The position numbers and the translations under genes are program-made. The notes under the pieces are model-generated. The model worked only from the letters and a program-made list of their open reading frames with translations. It did not search any database and had not been told where the DNA came from. Below, one piece after another: positions 41,044 to 51,200 of a stretch of DNA of 64,000 nucleotides. Every line of letters begins with the position of its first letter. Position 1 is the first letter of the stretch. Source of the stretch: Nostoc sp. DedVER02 (lineage in GTDB: Bacteria > Cyanobacteriota > Cyanobacteriia > Cyanobacteriales > Nostocaceae); assembly GCF_034530675.2 (NCBI RefSeq), contig NZ_JAVRCP020000024.1:10690-74689 (forward strand), in the 5' to 3' direction.

Positions 41044-42060
41044 ATGTCAATTCCTATAGCTTTTATAATTTGTACAGAACCTGGGCGTTTAGAGGCTCAA
41101 TCTTTAATGCTTGCAGAAAGTATTCGTAAGTTCTGTGGAGAATTGAAAGATACACCTATATATAGTTTTCATCCTAGAGTGGGTGAACCTATATCAAAGC
41201 AAACCCAAAAAGCTTTTGAAGCGTTGCAGGTAAATCATCAACAACTTCCGATAAATCAAGAATTCCATGAATATTATTTAGCAAATAAGCCCCTAACTTG
41301 TGCCTATGCAGAACAAAATATTGATGCAGAAATATTAGTTTTTCTGGACAGTGACAAATGCTTTTTCTCTGAACCAAAAGAATTTTTATTACCCGCAAAT
41401 TGTAACGCTCGGTTACGTCCTGAGTATGGTCAAGGAATTGGTTCTACAGGTTTGCGAGACTCTCAAGAATGGTACTGGCAAAAATTATATGAAGTGTTGG
41501 GGGTAAAGCGTGAGGTATTTGTTGAAACACCAATCGGTAAGAAAAAAATTAGAGCTTATTGGAATTCGGGTTTGGTTGTTGTGAGAAGGAGTGCAGGTAT
41601 ATTTACAGCTTGGAAAGAGAATTTTGAAAAAGTAATGCGTCTTGATATCACTCCTCCTCAAGGTATTTATTTTGTTGAGCAGTCTGTTTTATCTGTAACT
41701 TTATGTGCATTGGAAGAAAATATCGAACATCTTCCTTCTAATTATAGTTATCCATTGCCTTTACATAACCGCTTATCACCAGAACTACAAATCAAACATT
41801 GGAATGATATTATATCAATTCATTATTTTAACTTATTCTTTTATAACGATTGGAATGCACAAATCAAAAAATTAAAGAAGCTTAATATAGATTCCGATAA
41901 ATATCGATGGTTATGTCAAGAGGTTGTCAGACTCCAAATGCCTCGCGTATCAGTTTTGCATCGATATATGTTGGTAGTTAGAAGAATGGAACAAAAATTA
42001 CGAAATTTTAATTTAGATATTAATTTAAGTGGTTGGATAGAAAAAATGGCTAAACTTTAA
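41044..42060 (+). CDS. Hypothetical protein, possibly a nucleotide-diphospho-sugar transferase
   Basis: FLDSDK (DxD-like) and YWNSGLVVV resemble the GT8-like fold. Weak. Confidence 0.3.
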   Translation: MSIPIAFIICTEPGRLEAQSLMLAESIRKFCGELKDTPIYSFHPRVGEPISKQTQKAFEALQVNHQQLPINQEFHEYYLANKPLTCAYAEQNIDAEILVFLDSDKCFFSEPKEFLLPANCNARLRPEYGQGIGSTGLRDSQEWYWQKLYEVLGVKREVFVETPIGKKKIRAYWNSGLVVVRRSAGIFTAWKENFEKVMRLDITPPQGIYFVEQSVLSVTLCALEENIEHLPSNYSYPLPLHNRLSPELQIKHWNDIISIHYFNLFFYNDWNAQIKKLKKLNIDSDKYRWLCQEVVRLQMPRVSVLHRYMLVVRRMEQKLRNFNLDINLSGWIEKMAKL

Positions 42061-42114
42061 ACGTAATCAAAATAGCTGCATTGATATTTTCCAAATAAAT
42101 TACATAAGGTAAAT

Positions 42115-43011
42115 ATGATGAAAAAAGCAAATATAGCTGTAGTTATGACCTGTCATAACAGGCGTAATATAACTCTCGCTTGTTTACACACTTTATATGA
42201 GCAAAAAACTAATTGTGATGTCTACCTAACTGATGATGGTAGTTCGGATGGAACTGCACAAGCCGTCAAAGCAGAATATCCAGAGGTACATATTCTTCAG
42301 GGTAATGGCAACTTATTTTGGGTGGGAGGGATGCATCTCGCCTTTGGTGAGGCGATAAAAAATCAATATGACTATTATCTGTGGTTGAATGATGACACAT
42401 TTCTAGAAGCTAATGCTATCAGTAAATTATTGCAGATTCATCAAAATTTATCTGAGCAAGGTTATCCAGACTCAATTGTAGTTGGTTCAACTAAAGATCC
42501 AATGACAGGAAAAGCAACTTATGGAGGTGCAGTAAAATCTAAAAAATGGTACTCCAACAAATTTGAGTTTTTAGAACCAAGTTCGATTATCCAACAATGT
42601 GATGCTATGTATGGTAACTGTGTGTTAATTCCTAAAACTGTTGCTGCAAAGGTTGGCAATATTGATACAGCTTTTATTCACAGTTTAGGAGATTTAGATT
42701 ACGCCCTCAGAGCGCGTAAATTAGGTTGTCAAATATGGGTAGCCCCTGGATATATTGGTACTTGTACTAAAAATTCCATTCGTAATAGTTGGGTAGATAC
42801 CAATTTAACTATATTGCAGCGCTTGAAAAAAGTACTGCAAATTAAAGGATTTCCATTAAAACCCTGGACTGTATTTTGTATGAGGCACTCTGGGCCATTA
42901 TGGATATTTTACTGGTTTTTACCCTACATTAGAGCAATTATTGGTTACAAAAACTTGGCAATTTCTCCTACATTCTCTGATGATATCAGCCAAACTAACT
43001 CGGAAATATAA
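42115..43011 (+). CDS. Family 2 glycosyltransferase
   Basis: VVMTCHNRRNITLACL, LTDDGSSDGT and WLNDD. Confidence 0.7.
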   Translation: MMKKANIAVVMTCHNRRNITLACLHTLYEQKTNCDVYLTDDGSSDGTAQAVKAEYPEVHILQGNGNLFWVGGMHLAFGEAIKNQYDYYLWLNDDTFLEANAISKLLQIHQNLSEQGYPDSIVVGSTKDPMTGKATYGGAVKSKKWYSNKFEFLEPSSIIQQCDAMYGNCVLIPKTVAAKVGNIDTAFIHSLGDLDYALRARKLGCQIWVAPGYIGTCTKNSIRNSWVDTNLTILQRLKKVLQIKGFPLKPWTVFCMRHSGPLWIFYWFLPYIRAIIGYKNLAISPTFSDDISQTNSEI

Positions 43012-43125
43012 TTTTGCTAATAGGATTTTTAACGAATAATATTTAGATAATTTATAACTATCTAAGCAAGTTAAAAAACTTTTAAAAAGTTCAATTTATT
43101 AAATGTTGAAATAATCAAACATGTT

Positions 43126-44277
43126 ATGGGAAAACGCTTACTAATTGTCTCAACTCTGGATTCAAGACAACCATTTGGTGCATTTACTAGACCTTTTTAT
43201 CTAGGACAATATCTTACTAAAGATTTTGATGTTTTTCAGATAGGATTAGATTGCTCATCTGTTAACTATGCTCCTTCTATTTCGGTTGGATCGAGAAGCC
43301 TAAAGTCATATATTCAAACTATAGAAAAGTGTGTCGATGAGTTTTGTCCAGATATCGTTTATGCTCAAGAAACTTTACCTGGATTAGCTGCTTTAATTTC
43401 ACTTAAGCTTAGGAAACATAAAAATTCCTTTCTTGTATTAGATTTTCATACATTTTCAGCGTATGAATACTGGATGCGTTTGTTTTCTGTTGCCAATCCT
43501 TTCAAAGAGTTTGTACAATGTATTAAGACATATATTGCTCAGGGAATTTTAATATTTTCTGGTAGTCCAATTATTGCAGCAGGTGACTCTATTCCCAAAC
43601 TAATTTCCCAGTGGTACGGTAAAACTCCACAGGAAATTTATAGTATTGGGAATGGAGTTACTGAAGACTTACTAAATACTGAATTGTTGTTGAGCAAAGA
43701 CCCATATCAAGCATTTAGACCAGCAAAGATTGTGGTTCTTATTGCTCCTAAAACATTTCAGTTTCCAAGTAATGATATGTCTGTATCAATGACTGTTGAG
43801 GTTGCAAAATACCTGGAAAGTCATCAGGAAAAAATACATTTTGTTGTTATAGGTAGGGATGGTAGCGATATTTCAGAACCAATACCTTCTAATATTTATT
43901 TTTTAGGGTTTTTACCAAAAAGAGAGGATTTTGTTGACCATGTTAAATATGCGGATATTGCTTTGCTACCATTCTCAAAACAAGCAGTAGCAGGTGGCGC
44001 TCGTAATAAAGCTTTGGATTATTTTGCTAGTAAAAAGTTAGTTGTATCAACACCAGAAGGCTTGCGAGGTTTAGAAGAGTTTCGACATTTGGAACATCTT
44101 CTAGTTACAGGATATTCTACTGAAGAAGTTGCTAATACAGTTTTGGATGCAGCCTCAAATTTTGATAAATATCAATCACTTGTAGATACAGCATATACTT
44201 TAATTACAGAAAAATATTCTTGGAATGCAAGAGCCCATAATATCGCCGAAATTCTGATGAAAGTAAGTCATTCGTAG
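43126..44277 (+). CDS. GT-B-fold (family 4-like) glycosyltransferase
   Basis: Size and the C-terminal half (LLPFSKQAVAGGARNKALDYFASKKLVVST) fit a divergent GT4. Confidence 0.55.
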   Translation: MGKRLLIVSTLDSRQPFGAFTRPFYLGQYLTKDFDVFQIGLDCSSVNYAPSISVGSRSLKSYIQTIEKCVDEFCPDIVYAQETLPGLAALISLKLRKHKNSFLVLDFHTFSAYEYWMRLFSVANPFKEFVQCIKTYIAQGILIFSGSPIIAAGDSIPKLISQWYGKTPQEIYSIGNGVTEDLLNTELLLSKDPYQAFRPAKIVVLIAPKTFQFPSNDMSVSMTVEVAKYLESHQEKIHFVVIGRDGSDISEPIPSNIYFLGFLPKREDFVDHVKYADIALLPFSKQAVAGGARNKALDYFASKKLVVSTPEGLRGLEEFRHLEHLLVTGYSTEEVANTVLDAASNFDKYQSLVDTAYTLITEKYSWNARAHNIAEILMKVSHS

Positions 44278-44411
44278 TTAAGTTTTTAAACTTAAGTTTT
44301 CTGAATATTTAAATTTTAAAATTATTTAAATATTGTTAGGAATTGATTTTTAAATAATCACTTTTGTTGTGACATTAACTCTCATAATTCTACAAATAAA
44401 AATCTTAAGTC

Positions 44412-45236
44412 ATGAAAAAACGATTTTCTTATAAACTTCTTGGTGTTAAAGTTGATGCACTCTCTATCCCAGAGCTAAATTCATTAATTGAAGAATCTGT
44501 TGAAAAACAACAGAAGTGGATTATTGCAAATCACAACTTGCATAGTCTTTACCTCTTTCATAATGACCCTGAAATGCAAGCTTTTTATGCCCAGGCTGAA
44601 TATATCCATATTGATGGCATGCCTTTATTGTTTATTGGAAAATTGTTAGGTTTTCCTCTAAAACGAGAACAAAGAGTAACCTATGCTGATTGGATATGGC
44701 CTCTGATGGCGGAAGCAGCTAATAAAGGCTGGCGTGTATTCTATTTAGGTTCAAAACCTGGAATTGCTGAACAAGGAGCAAGTATTTTGCGCGAGAAGTT
44801 TCCTGGTTTAGAGATTGCTTGCGCTCATGGCTACATTGATATGGATAAAGATAGTCAAGAAAATCTTGCTACTCTAGCTGCGATTAATGCTTACAAACCC
44901 CATGTATTAATGGTAGGAATGGGTATGCCACGCCAAGAGCATTGGATTTCTGAAAATCTAGAATATATTGATGCCAACACTATTTTGACTAGCGGAGCTT
45001 GTATGGACTATGTAGCAGGAGCAATACCCACTCCTCCTCGTTGGATGGGAAGGGTGGGTTTGGAGTGGTTGTATCGCTTGCTGTCTGAACCGAAAAGACT
45101 TTGGAGACGCTATTTACTTGAGCCTTGGTTTGTAGCCACTTTATTTTTACGGGAAATTTGGAGTATACCAAGTCAACAAAAAAAAAATAAAATGCTGTTA
45201 TTTCTCAGTACAAGATTTCACAAGTTTGTTGGGTGA
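44412..45236 (+). CDS. WecB/TagA/CpsF family (GT26) glycosyltransferase
   Basis: VDGMPLL-type region (IDGMPLLFIGK), MGMPRQEHWI and GACMDYVAG. Confidence 0.75.
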   Translation: MKKRFSYKLLGVKVDALSIPELNSLIEESVEKQQKWIIANHNLHSLYLFHNDPEMQAFYAQAEYIHIDGMPLLFIGKLLGFPLKREQRVTYADWIWPLMAEAANKGWRVFYLGSKPGIAEQGASILREKFPGLEIACAHGYIDMDKDSQENLATLAAINAYKPHVLMVGMGMPRQEHWISENLEYIDANTILTSGACMDYVAGAIPTPPRWMGRVGLEWLYRLLSEPKRLWRRYLLEPWFVATLFLREIWSIPSQQKKNKMLLFLSTRFHKFVG

Positions 45237-45331
45237 TTGAGTTTTGCAAAGCCTTCCCAGTAAGTAACTCAATTCGTCATGAATTTATGAAATACTGTAT
45301 TAAGGCTTGATCAGAAATTACTCAAAACTTC

Positions 45332-46078
45332 TTATTCTGCGTTCACAAATTCCAAATACCCATTACTAAGTTCTTTCACCGCCAAATTATAAAATTGCTT
45401 ACCGTGTTCTGGCGTTGCTAAAGCTGGATTTGAACCCATGCGTCCATCGGGGTAATGTACTCGAAAGTCAGCTGCACTATAAATTCTATGTCCGCTTGCA
45501 ACTTCTGGTGAAAGGGGTGCTTGTTTAATCGCCTCTGGATAAACGTACTGGGTGAGAGCTACTTCACTTGGGGTTGCATGAGAACCTTCTTGATTTCCAT
45601 ATAATTCTTTAGCCAGCTTATATACAGAACTGCACATAAACCAGTTTGCTACTTGACATTGCACTTGTTGGGCATTAGGAATCTGCAAATCTTCTAAATG
45701 CGCGTAAGTTTCTGAGAATGCGGCTTTGAGGGTAGCAATGTTACCGCCGTGTCCATTGATAAAGTAAAACTTGGTAAAACCAGCTTTGGCTAAACAAGTT
45801 ACATAATCTCGTACTACTTGAATTAAAGTGCTGGGACGAAAACTGATTGTACCAGGAAAAGCAGTATGATGCAGTGCCATCCCCACATTGATTGTAGGGC
45901 CAACGATCGCTTGAGTCGCATCACCCACACCACGAGCGATCGCTTCTGCACAAATGGCATCAGTACCAATTAACCCTGTTGGCCCATGTTGTTCTGTGGA
46001 ACCAATAGGGAAAATAATACCCCGTGACTGCTGTAAATAAGCTTCGACTTCTTGCCAAGTACTTAAGTGCAGTAACAT
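45332..46078 (-). CDS. Creatininase-family amidohydrolase
   Basis: GSTEQHGPTGLIGTD and FINGHGGN motifs. Confidence 0.75.
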   Translation of the reverse strand: MLLHLSTWQEVEAYLQQSRGIIFPIGSTEQHGPTGLIGTDAICAEAIARGVGDATQAIVGPTINVGMALHHTAFPGTISFRPSTLIQVVRDYVTCLAKAGFTKFYFINGHGGNIATLKAAFSETYAHLEDLQIPNAQQVQCQVANWFMCSSVYKLAKELYGNQEGSHATPSEVALTQYVYPEAIKQAPLSPEVASGHRIYSAADFRVHYPDGRMGSNPALATPEHGKQFYNLAVKELSNGYLEFVNAE

Positions 46079-46236
46079 TTTTGATGAATTTCCTCAATAA
46101 AATTGTGGTGGGATATAAATTCTCCCTAACATGATTATGAACTCCTTTGCTTTTCAGTGGTGGCGATCGCCATAAAATCAAGCTGGAGTGTTGAAGAGAA
46201 ACGAATCGCAGAGGCGCAGAGAGCGCAGAGAGAAGA

Positions 46237-47451
46237 TTAAGATGTGGGTTGTAGGGTGGCTTGAAGTTTGAGTAAGCGCTCGCTCGCTGCTTTTAATGTC
46301 TCAGGTGTTTTGCTAAAGCAAAATCTGATTAATGAATGGCCTTTTTCTGGTTGGCTGAAAAAGCTGGAACCTGGAACTACAGCAACACCAATATTTTTAA
46401 TTAGATGGTAAGTGAATTCAACGTCTGTTTTATAGCCAAATTTGGAAATATCTGCAAGAACATAATAGGCTCCTTTGGGAAGGAAGTAGGGAATGCCGAC
46501 TTTATCGAGAATCTGTAAGATGCTGTCTCGCTTCTGGTGATAAAGTTTGGCTAGTTCTTCATAATAGGATGGTGGTAGTTGCATGGCGGCAACTCCGGCT
46601 CGTTGCAATGGTGCAGGTGCGCCAACAGTGAGAAAATCATGGACTTTGCGAATGGCTCCTGTTAATTCGGGGTTTGCTAAAATGTAGCCGACTCGCCATC
46701 CGGTGACACTATAAGTTTTGGATAGTCCGTTAATGGTAACAGTGCGTTCTTCCATACCAGGAAGGGTCGCTAGGGCAATATGTTGAGTGTCATCATAGAG
46801 AATATGTTCGTAGATTTCATCTGTGAAAGCTAATACATCCCACTTTTGACAAAGTTCAGCAATTAGAGTGAGTTCTTCACGGGTGAAAACTTTGCCGGTG
46901 GGGTTGTGGGGGGTGTTGATAATAATAGCTTTGGTATTGGCATTGAAAGCTTGACGCAACTGTGCTTCATCAAATGTCCAATGGGGAGGATACAGTGTCA
47001 CGTATCGGGGGGTAGCACCAGCTAAAATCGCATCGGGGCCGTAATTTTCGTAATATGGCTCAAATACAATTACTTCGTCACCGGGATCGACTGTCGCCAG
47101 CATTACAGATGCCATTGCTTCCGTGGAACCGCAGGTGACAGTGATTTGAGTTTCAGGATCGATATCTAAACCGAGATACCAACGAACTTTGTTAGCGATC
47201 GCCTGACGAAATGGGCGATCGCCCCAAGTGATGGCATACTGGTTGACATCTGCCTCTATTGCTTCATTTGCTGCCTGTTTCAACTCCAAGGGACAGGGAA
47301 AATCAGGGAATCCTTGAGCTAAATTTACTGCACCATATTGCAATGCCACCCGCGTCATTTCCCGAATCACCGACTCGCTAAACTGATCTGCCTTTGCTGA
47401 TATTTTTTTACGCCCAATTTCACTCACCCCTATACCTCCGTTGATTTCCAT
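46237..47451 (-). CDS. Class I/II PLP-dependent aminotransferase
   Basis: NTPHNPTG and LSKTYSVTGWRVGY (PLP-lysine) motifs. Confidence 0.8.
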   Translation of the reverse strand: MEINGGIGVSEIGRKKISAKADQFSESVIREMTRVALQYGAVNLAQGFPDFPCPLELKQAANEAIEADVNQYAITWGDRPFRQAIANKVRWYLGLDIDPETQITVTCGSTEAMASVMLATVDPGDEVIVFEPYYENYGPDAILAGATPRYVTLYPPHWTFDEAQLRQAFNANTKAIIINTPHNPTGKVFTREELTLIAELCQKWDVLAFTDEIYEHILYDDTQHIALATLPGMEERTVTINGLSKTYSVTGWRVGYILANPELTGAIRKVHDFLTVGAPAPLQRAGVAAMQLPPSYYEELAKLYHQKRDSILQILDKVGIPYFLPKGAYYVLADISKFGYKTDVEFTYHLIKNIGVAVVPGSSFFSQPEKGHSLIRFCFSKTPETLKAASERLLKLQATLQPTS

Positions 47452-47614
47452 TGCGGTTATGCAGGAATTTTTCTAACTACGATAAATCCATAATACCGAT
47501 AGTTTTATCGTAGTATACTCAAATTCGAGATTCAGAGGGAATGCAACCTTATAATCTATATACTTAATTATTGATATTAATAGTCAATTACTGAAGTACC
47601 AATCCAGAATCATC

Positions 47615-48214
47615 ATGAAATCTTTGCACCGTCCCGATCTCTATAGCTGGTCTAATTTCAATCCGGCAAGAAATATTGATTTCAATGGGATTGCCTGGAT
47701 TCGCCCAGATGGAAACATCTTGATTGATCCAGTAGCCCTATCAAACCATGATTGGAATCATTTGAAATCCCTCGGTGGTGTGGTTTGGATTGTGCTGACG
47801 AATTCTGAGCATGTCAGGGCAAGTAAAGAAATTGCCGATCAAACTTATGCTAAGATAGCTGGCCCTATGGCAGAAAAAGATACTTTTCCGATAGCTTGCG
47901 ATCGCTGGCTGTCTGATGGTGAAGAGTTCGTACCTGGGTTAAAAGTAATTGAACTCCAAGGCTCGAAAACTCCCGGTGAATTGGCTCTGTTACTGGAGGA
48001 GACAACTTTGATTACAGGGGATTTAGTCAGGGCACGCAAAGCCGGTAGTTTAACTATACTGCCGGATGACAAACTGCTGAATCGAGAGGAGGCTGTTGCT
48101 TCTGTTTGCAGATTGGCAGAACTGAGTCAAGTAGAAGCAGTGCTGGTAGGGGATGGTTGGCCGGTTTTTCGTGATGGACGCGATCGCTTAAAGGAACTTG
48201 TGGCGACGCTGTAA
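47615..48214 (+). CDS. MBL-fold protein with a degenerate HxHxDH motif
   Basis: Overall beta-lactamase-fold pattern, but the metal motif position reads LTNSEHV. Confidence 0.55.
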   Translation: MKSLHRPDLYSWSNFNPARNIDFNGIAWIRPDGNILIDPVALSNHDWNHLKSLGGVVWIVLTNSEHVRASKEIADQTYAKIAGPMAEKDTFPIACDRWLSDGEEFVPGLKVIELQGSKTPGELALLLEETTLITGDLVRARKAGSLTILPDDKLLNREEAVASVCRLAELSQVEAVLVGDGWPVFRDGRDRLKELVATL

Positions 48215-48255
48215 ATAGTTGGGGGCGATGCCTATGTTCAGGGCTAGCCCTACAC
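48180..48255 (+). repeat. Direct repeat A: native 3' end of the MBL gene plus a palindromic terminator
   Basis: gcgatcgcttaaaggaacttgtggcgacgctgtaaatagttggg...agggctagccct. Matches 55783-55856. Confidence 0.85.
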
Positions 48256-48262
48256 TCAATTT

Positions 48263-51200
48263 TTACTGACTGGTGATATCATCGCAGAGGTAGCGATCGT
48301 TTTTCATATTAGGGTTATTTTTCAGATAACCAGATGCCAACTTACAGGCACGCTTGAGTAAATCATCTAAATTATCATTAAGATATATTTTTCCCTCATT
48401 GCTATTAAGCTCAATTGTCTTATTGGTATTAAGGTTAAATCGATCGCCTAAGAAAGAACTGATGGGATAGAGTAAGTAAGGATCTTTCGTAAACCAACTA
48501 TTCAGAAAATATAGACCTGTATTAGAATCAGAACCAACAGCCAGCATTCTGTTGTAATTATCAAAACTTAAGGTATAACTACTATAATCAGTCTTTAATG
48601 GTTCAACTTTTCCATTATCTAAATTCCACAATTTAGCCGAAGATCCACTAACAAAGGCAATCTTTTTATCATCAGCTTGGAAGCGTATATTTGTAATTTT
48701 ATCAGGATCAGAAATGGTTGGTTTTTGTAATTTACCATCAAGATTCCAGAGTCTTATAATTTTGTCATCACTAGCGGAAGCAATAATTTTTCCATCATGA
48801 GTGAAACTCACGCTATTGACTTTATCACTCTGTTTTATAATCGGTTTAAGCAATTTACCATTTCTATTCCAAAACCTTACTGTTTTGTCGTCACTAGCAG
48901 AAGCGATGATTTTTTTATTAGGGCTGAATACAACACTATTAACCCAATCAGTATGACCCGATAAGGTTGCTAGCGGCTTGCCTTTTAAATTCCAGAGTTT
49001 TAAACTATCATCTTTACTAACGAAAGCAACTGTTTTTTTATTAAAATTAAACCTAATCAAAGAATCTATATTATTACATAAAACATTGACATGACCTTTA
49101 ATAGATTTTAACTCTTGAAAATTGGCATTATCTTCAATACTCCAAAACTTCATAATATACTTAGAACGATAAATATCATTCGACAAATAAGTTTTGCAGC
49201 TAGTAGCACCAATGATTTTTCCATCAGCACTAAAGCTAACCTTATCAATGCTAATATCATCATTTGGTTTATTACCAAATCCTGAAAGTGGTTTGATAAA
49301 ATTACCGTTGCTGTTATAGATATTCACAGTGTTATCAGCACTGGCAGAAGCAATGTATTTGTTATCAGAACTAAACGCAACATCATTAACACCTTTAATG
49401 TGCTTTTGTAAAGTCAGAGGTTCATAGTTGGATTTTTTAAGCAAAAGCTGGTTTATATCCCAAATCTTTATAGTATTATCAGCACTGCTAGTTACAATTT
49501 TTGTACCATCAGGGCTAAAATCTACTTTCGTGATTGTGTCATTATGTCCTTTGAGTGTTGGGCGTGGTTCTCCCTCAACAGTCCATAGGTTGACAGTATA
49601 ATTCTTGTTAATAGAAGTAATGTACTTGCCATTAGGACTAAATTTAGCGCTGATCATGATATAGTTCTCAAGAGATTGAGGTGGTTGGCTATTGCTGATA
49701 TCCCAAATTTTTATCTCACCACTATTAGCGCTAACTGACATGATCTTTTTGTCATTTGGACTAAACTCTACGCTTTGTACCTTGGAATTATGCCCAATCA
49801 ATGGCTTAAGGGGAGTACCATCACTTTTATAGAGTTTGACTAAATTGTCATCGCCGAGAGCAAGCATCTTGCTATCATGACTAAATATAACACTTGTGAC
49901 TTTATCACTATCTACTTTTAAGGCTTGAATTAAACTGCGATCGCGGCTATTCCAAAGTTGCACTTTATTGTCATGACTGATAGTAGCTATTATCTGACTA
50001 TTAGGGCTAAAGCTCACATTGGTAACTTGTTTTGTGTCTCCCTTTAAATGTCCTATAAATTTTCCGTCACTACTGCGCCAGAGTCTAACAAAATTATCTG
50101 CACTGGCACCAGCAACCAAATTACCATCAGGGCTAAAGTCAATGGTTGTGATCTTATTGGTGCTACCTTTTAAAGTAATTTCCTTGTTGGTATCTAGTTT
50201 CCAGAGCTTTAAGATATCGTCAGAGCTTCCAGTTGCAAGGGTTTGATTATCTGGACTAAAGCTAAGAATTGAACTATCTCCTGGGATAGTTTTGATGTGA
50301 GTGCCATTACGGTTTTGAAGTTCTATACTATTGTCAGAACTACCAAGAGGGACTGTTTGACCATCAAAACTAAACTCTATTTTCCTATTTGTATCTTCAT
50401 ATCTATCGGTTCTCTGGAATGAGGATAATTTATTGTTCTCAATATCCCAAATTTTCACAACTCCATCTTTACTAGCTGATGCAAGTAGCTTGTTATCAGG
50501 ACTAAAGCTTGTATAAGTAATACTATCATCATGTTTAAAATTATTGTAAATAGAACATTGAGCTTGAAACATTCTAGTTCTGTATAAACTTTTCTTATCT
50601 TCACTCTCCTGGAATATGACCGATTGGTTATCAAAACTATTATTTATAAAATCTCCCAATCCAAATGAATTCTTACAACCATTCTCAACACTTTTGATGA
50701 GGTGTGGTTTATCACCAGTAGACCAAACTCTTAGATTTCCCTGTTTATTAAACAAGCTAATAGCGTCACCATTGTTATTGAAATTCATGGTAAATGTGCC
50801 AGAATCATAAATCTCAATAGGCTTATTTTCAATTTTTTTTGGTGTAAGTTTCCAAAGTTTAACAGTGTCATACCGTCCCCCTGTAGCAACTGTCTTGTTG
50901 TCAGGACTAAAACTTACAATTATGTTTTTGTCATTAAATCTTTGTGGTAAATTTAAGAGTTTACCATCTTGCCAACTCCAAATTTTAACTGTTTTATTCT
51001 TAGTGGTAGTGGCTAGTAGTTTATCGTTAGGGCTAAATGTAATAAAGCCTAGACCATCTTTATCAATTTTCAAAATTTTTATTGGTTTAAATTCAGCAGT
51101 ACTCCAGTTTTTACCTTCAGGAATATTCCAGATTTTTGCATTACCATCTTGGCTGACGGTAGCTAACATTTTTCCATCCGAGTTGAAGCTAATAGATGTT

